Below are positions 23,202 through 32,000 of a DNA stretch of 32,000 nt, piece by piece. Source of the stretch: Candidatus Saccharimonadota bacterium (lineage in GTDB: Bacteria > Patescibacteriota > Gracilibacteria > BD1-5 > UBA2023); contig OY970170.1 in the NCBI GenBank assembly GCA_963706795.1, positions 270,001 through 302,000 on the forward strand, read 5' to 3'. Position numbers and translations under genes: made by a program. Each line of letters begins with the position of its first letter. Within the stretch, counting starts at the first letter, position 1. The notes under the pieces were generated by a model, which was not told where the DNA came from, made no database searches, and saw only the letters and a list, made by a program, of their open reading frames with translations.

Positions 23202-24308
23202 TTATTGCGCACTGATGATGAGGGCTCGGTTTTCAACCTTGCTCCACTTACGCATCCATTCTGAAACTGGATATACGTGTCGTCCAGTATATACATCCCA
23301 TACGATAATATGTGATGGTTTTTCGGGAGTTCCATAGTATCCCATGAGGATAAATGCATGCTCGCCATTCCAAGCCTTTACTTCGATTTTTTCAAGATTA
23401 GGTCCGATGTATGACCAGTTGAGAGTACGATCCTTATCTAAGCTCGCACAAACATTTTTGGCATTTACACCGAGCGTGTTGGCTTCGCGGGTAGTTACTT
23501 CTGAAGCAAGTCCATCCTCAGCATTTGGATCTGTACACCAGTCACCCCAGAGCTGCACTCTCTTGCCAGATTTTATAGCAGTGAGTACTTCTGTAAGACG
23601 CTTTGAGACATTTGCAGTTTCTTGCGGAAGTGCGGTAGTGAGATTATTTTTCTTGTAAAGTTCAGTGATCGGAGTTTCGTATACTCCATATCCAGTCATC
23701 TTTCGCTGACTTCCATAAATATCACCCACGAATCCTGCATCTGGATTTCCCCAAATACCGAACTGGTCTACACCGAGACCATAGTACTGCTTCAAGATTG
23801 ATGCTTCGAGCATATCTTCTGTGACCGGAGCCTGAGTCATCGTAGTGATCACCGCAGAAGTTGCAGAAATCTCACAGCTTAGTGGACGCTGTTGAATACT
23901 GAGTCCACTAAATGTCTTGGTTGTATCAAATACTTCTCCGGTTGGCAGAGTATTTTTGTGACTCTGCACCTCCATAGTAATCTGTCTATTAAGTTTGAGT
24001 TTCGATTTATTCAATGCACTAAGCATCGGAGTAGTAAGTTTCGTATTTGCGACTACGCGATCGATTCTTCGTGTTGTTTCGAGCATGAAATCCAGTCGAT
24101 CAATCGTTGGATTTTGAGCGAGGTACCCGTAGTACTTACCGAAATCTATATTCGATCGAGGGAAAAGGATCGCAAGACTTCCGCTTCATTCTGCTGGATA
24201 GCATGACATCGTCGAGCCTGTTCCACTACATGTCGCAGGGCTCGCTGCAAATGCTGTCGAAATACTTCATACAAGGAGAACTGCTGCTACCAAACAAATC
24301 CGCTTCAT
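23202..24308 (-). CDS. Secreted C39-like (Peptidase_C39_2/YvpB-like) cysteine peptidase (368 aa, table 25)
   Basis: Track ORF 23202..24086 extends upstream through two TGAs to the ATG at 24308. This gives the signal peptide MKRICLVAAVLLVGSISTAFAAS. SIQQRPLSCEISATSAVITTM has a Q...C nucleophile context, and WNGEHAFILMGYYG provides the His, consistent with the C39-like papain fold. The subfamily is not certain. Confidence 0.6.
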
Positions 24309-24355
24309 GCAAAGAATATTAAGTAAATAATTGCGACTCAAGATAAGAATAATTT

Positions 24356-24392
24356 AAAAAAGATAAAGCGACAATGTCGCTTTATCTTTTTT
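24356..24392 (-). terminator. Rho-independent terminator of the A2M-family gene
   Basis: aaaaaa gataaagcgac aat gtcgctttatc tttttt (11-bp stem). Confidence 0.85.
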
Positions 24393-24399
24393 GGTTGGA

Positions 24400-27300
24400 T
24401 TATTCTACAACAACTTCCTTCCCTGCGCTTCGTCCGAAGACTTCTGAATTTGAGAATTCAAATACACGACTTGGGCGGACGGAATACGTACCTGCATGGG
24501 TCATACGAATGGTATATCCAAATCCATAATCCCCTCCATTCATCGAGTCTGCAGTAGCAAAATATCGATCATCACGATATTCTTCGTGGCTAAAGAGTTG
24601 CGTGCTGTAACTGTCTATTTCATGTCCAAGATTTGAAGCACGCGGACCTGCATTATCTGGAGAAGTCGGCACATTGATCGCGCTCGTATTCGCAACATCT
24701 TTACTCTCAGTTGCGAGCACTGTATTCACCAGCTCGGAACCTGCAGGAATAAATCATTCGAAGGCTGGTTGGCTGCGATCCTCGCTCGTGATGAGACGAT
24801 TATATGCGTAGACGAGATCACCGATCTTAAATTTAGTCTGTGTCGTGAGATAGGTCACGATCTCTTTCGGATATTTAAGTGCGCTGTATTCGATCTCACC
24901 ATTTGCATATTTTGCCCATTCTTCATTTTTGAGGGCTTCTATTTTTTTGAAATCCTTGAGGAGATAATACGTTGTATCAACATAGAATCCTTCATCTCGA
25001 GCAGCAATATTCTTAGCTGGAATCGTGTATGCAAGTGAGAGATCGTAATAGAGGGTTCCCTTTCCTTCCTTCTCAAACGTAAATGTCGTGTTTGTAGGAA
25101 GCGAAGAAGCCAGCATATTTTGTGAGAAGACTCCAAAACGGTCACTTCCTGTAATTTTTTTCTCAACGAGGAGATTGCCATCGGATTTTACACGGGCGAT
25201 CATATCGACATTTTTGAGTTCGCCAGTGCTTGTGAGATACGTCCCCAGCGCTCGAATAATTGCGGCGGTTTCTTCGGTAGTTCCGTAGCTTCCATCAGAA
25301 TTTTTAGTATTGAGGAGGAAGCGATTCATATTATCAAGAACCATATCAACATCCGTAAACGAAGATCGTCCGAGCATAGTTACTGCCTCGATAAATGACG
25401 CGGTATTTTCGATACGAGAATATTCTCCATCACCCCCAACGAATGCTCCGCGAGGATTGATCACTACATCATTTTTAAGAATCGTATCGATGCGTGATTT
25501 TGCCTCCACCTGCATAGACTTTTTGTCTGTCTCTGGGATATCTCGTTGTGCTACAAGCACTGCAATCGTACGAAGCTCTGCAAAAATATCAGAAGGCGTA
25601 AACTTAGAATTATCGATGAGCTTGTACATCTTGAGAACTTCCGTGTCTGATGGAGTAATGGCAAGAATGGATTCTATAGCTGCAAGGCGATAAGATTCTG
25701 GATATTTACAATCGTATGTCGGCTTTGGAATGCAACCCTCAAATTTACCATCATAGAATCGAGATTTGAGATATTTAATAGCGTTGGACTCGAGCTTTTG
25801 ATCGATCGCAAATCCGAGTGATTTGAGGTCAGCGAGTGTGCGAACCACATACGACGTGAGTTTAAAATCCGCGGTCGTGTTATTGGTTGTATTCCAATAA
25901 ACAAATCCACCAGAATTTTTCTGAACATCACCGATCGTTGCAATATAATCGAGCATCGTTTGCTTGATCGAAACATTCGTATATCCCGTTTGTGCATCGA
26001 CATATCTTGGTATCGTGTGTGTGACAAGATCAAATGGCTCACCAATGGCAGTATAGAGTTTTTTGAGCTCGATATTTGGCACAAGCATACTCGTCTTTTG
26101 CCATGTTCCGCCGTATGGATATTCATTAAGCTGCTTCATTCCCTGTGCGAGCGAACCAAGGAGCGACGTGCTGTAATTGATCTGTACTCGTGCATCTTTT
26201 GAGAGACCACCGAGCACAAGTCGCTCGTCGACAGATTTATCTGTAGTCTTACCAATCGTAGCCGTACGCTCAGGAGTAGACGGCATGAGAATAGGAAGAA
26301 TATTCTCCACCTGATCTTCATTGCCCTTGGCATCGACCGCCTTAAAGGTAATCTTTGAAGCAAATGCTGGTGCTTCGTCGAGATTAGAATGTGGTACAAG
26401 TTTAAATCGAGCAACGGCAGATTCACCATTTTTGATGAAGAGTTTTGTACCACCTGTATCAATGTCCGCATTATCAGCACTCGCAGTGATCGTGATATTT
26501 GCATCTTCACCCGTCTTATTAAAGATCACTGGTGCGAGCATAACACTATCGCCAGACACTAGGAATCGTGGAAGATTCTCAGATACGAGCACCGCCTTGG
26601 TAGTCATGATGCTGGTCTTACCCACGCCGATACGATTATCGACTGGAGTTGATACTACCGACTCAATGACCCAAGTTGTGAGATTATCCGGAAGCTTATC
26701 CGCCGAGATTTTTGCCTCACCGTTGGCGTCGGTACTAAAATCAGATTTCCAAAATGCAGTATCCTTAAATACTCCTCGCTTCTTTTTGGCATCACCTCAT
26801 TTTGTACCATCTCCGGCACCTCCCTTCTCACCATTTCAGGTATTTTTTACCTCGAGTTTTTCGATGAGATTAACCAGTGAGATATGAGTAGTAACGCCCA
26901 GATAGCGTTTCATGTCATAAAAGAAGGCAAACGGATTTTTTTGTGGATTTCCCATGAGTGCGAGCACACTCTCATCAACGATCGAGAGTGAACCATTCGC
27001 ATCTTTTACCGGATTGCCATTTGCATCCTTCACCCTAACAGTCACATCAACCGCATCACCTGGCAGATATCGAGTCTTGGATGGGATAACTTCTACAGAG
27101 AGTTTTTTGTCATCCGATATCACCTTGAGTACCGCGAGTGCACGCTTGTAGACTGGTAGTTCCATCTTGTCGTCCTGACCGATGAGGTAGACCTTTACGT
27201 AGACATTGGGGATATAGCTCATCTGGATCGGCACCTCAATGCGCTCTGTGTAGCTCGTAATATCCTTGGTATAGCTATCGAGGATGGCTTCATCTTTTTC

Positions 27301-30300
27301 GATCGAGACAAAATATTTGCCCGTTTTGACTGGAGATTTGAGTGTGAGTACTGCAGTCTCACCTGGCTTCAGAATATTTTTTTCGGCCACAAGATCTGTG
27401 ACAGAATTATTCCCATTATTCCAGAGCATATAGCGGTCAGACTGGACGTAGATAGTACGAGAAGAGACGAATGTCTTACCATTTGCTCCCGTGTAATTGG
27501 CACGAATTTCGTATTCACCATCAGAGTCCGTTCGGAAAGTAACTTGGAATTCCCCTGAGTCATTAGATTTTACATCGATATCTTTTTCTTTCTTCTCTTC
27601 TACAGCGTAATCATCATAGAATATTCCATCAACTCATTGTTTTTTGGTCGCTTTCCATTCGCGGTGAATAACTTGGACTATAGCTTTTGCGCCCTTTTTA
27701 CCCACAGCATCATATCCGAGGATGACACCATCAACACGGATATCACTGTCTTTTGGATACCAATATCCTCATCTCAGTCCAACGTAACCATCAGTAGTAT
27801 GGAGAACTTCGGTATGAGATTTATTGACAGTTTTTTGCGTGTCAGGATCTTTGACCTCTACATTGTACGTGTAGAGTTTTTCACCATTTGGATTGTCGCC
27901 ACCATTTTGGTCCTTATCCGCTTTTGGATAGTCGAATGTAAATGAGCCATTTCCATTTTCATCGATCTTGCCATCACCGGTAGTGATCGTCATATCCGAA
28001 TATGCACACACTCCCCAATAGAGACAATCAAAATAATCATATCCACTTCCAAATTGGTAGTCAGAGTATTTCTTCGCATCAAAGAAGTAGTTCTGAGCGA
28101 GCACTGAATAATGAAACGAAGTGTTCACCATCTTGCCACCAAAATAGTATTCACTCGAGATATTCATCTTGGTAGAGTCACCGAGAAAATGATCCTTTGA
28201 TTCAGAGGCTACAGCCACCTTGAAGGTCGGTTTTTTGTAGGCTTCGATATAAAAACTCGCGTCATTATAGATATAGGCTCCTGCGTCATTAGTTGGCCCA
28301 TACATAAATTGATTACCGCCCTTGATATAGAGCTCGAACGAAATACGTCCAAAACTTGATTCGGTTGGGATCGTGAATTCTCCATGAAAATTCGAATTGG
28401 CATCGAGCGTTACAGGGAATTCTGTAAAGAGGGAACCATCTTCTTTGATGAGCCTGACTTTACCGGCTGTATTTTTAGATTTTGTGTACCCAGTTGGCTC
28501 AAATGTACGTAGAAGTCACTTGAATTGTATCTTGTCACCTGGTCGATAAATCGGACGATCTGTGTAGATATATGCAAAGTCTTTGACCATCGAAGATGCC
28601 TGACCTGAGATATATCCAAAATCGTAATTCCCAGCTTCATCCTCATTTGCAAGCACTGCATATTTGCCATCTTTTTCAGCAAGAATAAGTCGATGTGCGC
28701 CCGAGATTTCGTAGAGATTTTTAGATTTAATATATGTCGCTTTAAAGTCGGTATTCTCAACAAGATTGCCAGCATTGACTGTATACGCATGAAATGTAGC
28801 CCCTTCGATTACCTGTTTCCCATCAATCGATGTGAGGAAGAGATATTGCTTGTTTGCGCCAGCCTCGAGAGCCATCGCAAGACCAGAGCGCACATAGATA
28901 TTGAGGAATTCTTTGCCATCTAATCGACTCTTGCCTGATCCAAGATTATAACCACCAGTTGTACTCGCTCGTACAAACACAAATGGTGAATTAAATGGAC
29001 GACCGAGGACATCCTTCTCGATATCAAATCGATTATTCGTGATTGACCACGCCTTATTTGCAACCTTGAGTGTCTTTTTGATAGAAGTTCCTGCTGTGCA
29101 TTTTGGCTCGAATCATCCATTGTAGAAGTTTGTAAGATAATCCGCATATCCCGCAATATCCGTCTCGCAGATTTCAATATTAACTTCATTCAGATTGATT
29201 GTCTGCAAATTTGCGATGATCGGAAGACTGCTTGGGATCACATTAATATTCTTCGAAACCGGCGAATAGACATATTTATCAGCGTCCTTGATATCACCCG
29301 CTACAATACCCTTCTTTTCAAATGGCTGCGCAATAGGATTGCCTACCTGATCCCCAAGAGTTGGCTTGATACGAAGATCGTACGAACTATGTGGCTGAAA
29401 TCTTGTCCCGAGAACATAGGCGTATTTTCCTGGAATACTCTTACAAAGATCGACCGTTTGATAGATATTAGTAACTTCGTTATAGATAGATGTATCGTCC
29501 TCACGAATAGATCTGATTGGTGATTTTGGAGTCGTCTCAAATTGCGTCTCAAGACCATATGTACCCTGATATTTCGAAGTCAACGGACTTGTAAAATAGA
29601 TACAGCTCTCCGTATTTGAAACATATGTAAAATCGCTCGCTATAAACTTTGGTGCGGTCTTCATCTTTTCGACAATATCGGCCTTGATGTGTTCGTTAGA
29701 ACTGCGATCAATCGTAAGTGCATATTCGGTATCATCTGCGAGTTTTTGACCAATCTCACACTTGAGTCGGTATTTATCATCAACGAGTTTTTTAACTTTT
29801 TTGCCGCCTTCAAATGCTTCATTCTCATTTTGCGTATATGAGAGCTTGCATTCACTGCGTCCATCCTTGGATACAAGATATGGCTTAATCTTTGCAATAT
29901 CTATTTCTTCGCCAAATGAGAGCACAAAGAAGAGTTGGTTGCTCGGAATAATACGAGGCTTGCCTGGATCAGGTAGATCACTCATTTCTTTTGTATCAAT
30001 GAGTGCGCCTGTCTCACTATAAATCGATCGAAATACCTGTGTATTTTGCAAGAAATCAGTCGATCTAAAGTCATAACTCTTTGAGCCTGTCATCGCGAGA
30101 TTCCCACCAACTGGTGTAATAGAACCCGAAAACGTCACCTTGTAGTCACTCGAATACGCGAGTCCTGGACTCGAGTTCTTTACAATAAGAAATCTGCGTC
30201 CCGCATCAGCTGCACCGTTTTCTGTTACCGCAGTCACTCCAATGTCCTTTCCAAATTCTGTAACATGCAAGAGAGGAATAAGATCTGCCGTCTTCACTGG

Positions 30301-31284
30301 CGTATTAAAACTGAGTGGAATCCCCTTCAATGGAGAAAAATTCTGTGAAGGAGTTAACACTTCGAGTCTTGGAGTCTCAAAAGTAGCAGTTTTCGTCTCG
30401 GAAAGTGGATAAAGTAAACCTTCTCTGGAAGCTACCTTAATATCAAATTTTGTCGCGTATGGAAGTGGATTTGTTGGCACAAATTCAAGAATCGATCCAT
30501 TCGTCCAATTACATTTTCATTCCACTGCCGGAGTAATCTCGAGCGGACATGGCAGCGCATCTTTATTCGCCAAACTCGCAAGCGGAATCATTGGAATATT
30601 AAAAAGCACAACGATATTTTTACTCACATTTGCAAGTCGCCCATCAGGCATGATGCGCATAGCTTTTGCTCCAGCGATTGCCTCTATCTCGTAGGTGATA
30701 TCCTGTCCGAGCTTTGTTCCGTATTTGGATTTAATATCGCCTGAGAGAGTAATCGTGTAGTGATCTCCGATTTTAAGCTTGTTCGAGAGTTTGTAAGAGA
30801 TGATATTCCCATCTTTGAGAGAAGCTTCTCCTGCTACATATGGTGCAAATCGGACACTTTCTTTGGTGATCGAACCCGCATCGAGTTCTTTCGAAAATGT
30901 AATATCGATCGATGGTACGTCGTATGGAATCTTTTTGTATTCAAAGCTCCAATTACCAGCTACCACCGAAGGCGCAGCCAGGAAATATTGAGCACCAAAT
31001 ATTCCGACAGCCACAACAACAATCGCGGCAAATGCTCCAGAATATATCTTGGTATGTGCCATAAAGTTAGCACGAATCCGAGCAAAGAAGCCTTCGCCCT
31101 TTTTGATCTGAATGCCATCTTTAAGAAGCTCTTCTTTGAGCTTCATCGCAAATTGCTGGTCGAATTTTGTATCGGGTTTTTCGGCAAGCAGGGTTTTGAT
31201 GGCTTTCATAATTTCTTTTTTATGATCGGCGAGAGACGGGTCTACAGCGACGAGCTCTTCAAAGATTTTTGCAGCTGATTTCAT
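24400..31284 (-). CDS. Giant membrane-anchored alpha-2-macroglobulin-family protein (2,294 aa, table 25) with an anti-sigma-like cytoplasmic N-terminus and no thioester motif
   Basis: Seven track ORFs (30517..31284, 29113..30480, 28516..28980, 27769..28305, 26836..27429, 24754..26625, 24400..24729) share one frame (the 6885-nt span is divisible by 3). All gaps were parsed codon by codon and contain only TGAs, 8 in total (24754, 26797, 26836, 27634, 27769, 28516, 29113, 30517). Hallmarks are the MG2-like DRPIYRPGDKIQFKG, the A2M-domain RGVFKDTAFWKSDFSTDANGEAKISADKLPDNLTTWVIESV, the thioester-site context LNEYPYGGTWQKTS, and the C-terminal PAFEGFIPAGSELVN. The N-terminus is about 75 helical residues followed by the TM helix IYSGAFAAIVVVAVGIFGAQYFL. 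Confidence 0.85.
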
Positions 31285-31286
31285 AT

Positions 31287-31841
31287 CTAAAAAAGGAAAA
31301 AGAAGAGGAACATAGCAATATTCGCCGCAATTTTTGCGAGCGTTCGAGAGATGATTTTTTTGACGTTTGAAAGGGATTCACCACTGATTTCTGCGATTTC
31401 TGCATATTTGAGATCGTCCCAAACTGCCATGAGCACAATGTCCTTATCTCGCACCGGAAGGGTTTCGAGATAAGCAAGGACTTTACCAAGACGCTCTTTT
31501 GCATCTATCGCACTTGCGTGGTCAGTCTGCTCTCCGAGAGACTCAGCGTGATCATCGAGTTCTTCATGCTGCTTGAGAGTTCGAGAGCGATCGACAATCG
31601 TGTTATACGCAATCCGAAAAAGCCACGACGCGAGTTCGGATTCGGACGAGCCACCAAAGCTTTCAAATGATTTCAGCGCTTTATAAAACGTATCCGAGGC
31701 AATTTCTTCGGAAGCGTCTCGATCGAATGTTCGATAGAACGCAAAATCGTAAATACGCTTGATAAAGGAATCATAGATTATCCCAAAAGATTCTCTATCT
31801 CCTGCGCGAAAAGATTCGATGGCAGACTCTAATTTTTGCAT
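31287..31841 (-). CDS. ECF-type sigma-70 family RNA polymerase sigma factor (184 aa)
   Basis: MQKLESAIESFRAGDRESFGIIYDSFIKRIYDFAFYRT...ASEEIASDTFYKALKSF...ASWLFRIAYNTIVDRSR is region 2. LETLPVRDKDIVLMAVWDDLKYAEIAEISGESLSNVKKIISRTLAKI is the region 4 HTH. I prefer the ATG at 31841 over the track start at 31889. The TAG stop is 2 nt before the A2M-family ATG. Confidence 0.85.
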   Translation of the reverse strand: MQKLESAIESFRAGDRESFGIIYDSFIKRIYDFAFYRTFDRDASEEIASDTFYKALKSFESFGGSSESELASWLFRIAYNTIVDRSRTLKQHEELDDHAESLGEQTDHASAIDAKERLGKVLAYLETLPVRDKDIVLMAVWDDLKYAEIAEISGESLSNVKKIISRTLAKIAANIAMFLFFFLF

Positions 31842-32000
31842 AACCAGAAAACAAAGTGATGAATACCAAAGCCTATAACGAACACCCAAAAATAAGGTGA
31901 CAATTTAAAGTTAGTTTCATCTCTTTACTTGTTTTTGCAAAGATAAAATCTCACAGATAGCTTCCGATTGATTCTCCTATATAAATCACTATGCTATGTG

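Noticed and set aside
31287-31330. The hydrophobic C-terminal tail of the ECF sigma factor (AANIAMFLFFFLF) as a membrane anchor
   Set aside because: It is too short (about 13 residues) for a TM helix. It may simply reflect the A/T-rich sequence upstream of the coupled A2M-family start, and I found no support for a function.
1-32000. Reading the many short adjacent same-frame ORFs as pseudogenes or a decaying genome
   Set aside because: The interruptions are exclusively TGA and never TAA, TAG or frameshifts. They fall on conserved Gly positions of recognisable families, and the joined genes have normal lengths and proper TAA/TAG stops with terminators.
1-32000. CRISPR arrays, rRNA or tRNA genes
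   Set aside because: No regularly spaced direct repeats were seen. Intergenic gaps are short (200 nt or less), AT-rich, and occupied by promoters and terminators. Nothing has a cloverleaf-compatible GC-rich structure. This was inspected by eye only, so a tRNA scan should confirm it.

Overview
AT-rich bacterial window that is only interpretable with translation table 25 (TGA = Gly). This points to a Gracilibacteria/Absconditabacteria-type member of the Candidate Phyla Radiation. The supplied standard-code ORF track fragments about half the genes. Re-stitching by hand across about 40 in-frame TGA codons gives 30 CDS, all ending in TAA or TAG. Most are followed by clean A-tract/stem/T-tract terminators.

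Contents:
- Small regulator and stress modules: HxlR plus a SnoaL-like protein, ArsR plus SRPBCC, an IDI-like NUDIX, a flavodoxin-like reductase, a TMEM175/DUF1211 channel, and a STAS protein.
- Envelope enzymes: a FemAB-family protein, a glucosaminidase+NlpC/P60 hydrolase, and a secreted C39-like peptidase.
- Housekeeping genes: a Pol I-type 5'-3' exonuclease lacking a polymerase domain, dut, and gmk.
- Surface proteins: a double-CARDB protein with an Asn/Tyr/Cys-rich core, and a 2,294-aa alpha-2-macroglobulin-family protein. The latter has no thioester motif and sits 2 nt behind an ECF sigma factor, with an anti-sigma-like N-terminus.

The most interesting part is an island of unrecognisable genes at about 13.8-21.9 kb. 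It ends in a tight operon of three membrane or lipoproteins, a UBC-fold E2-like protein and a ThiF/MoeB E1-like protein. Just upstream is an 860-aa membrane protein whose cytoplasmic C-terminus carries a JAB/MPN-like motif. Together these look like a membrane-associated ubiquitin-like conjugation system with no recognisable Ubl.

No rRNA, tRNA, CRISPR array or transposase was seen. All calls come from hand translation; no database search was possible.
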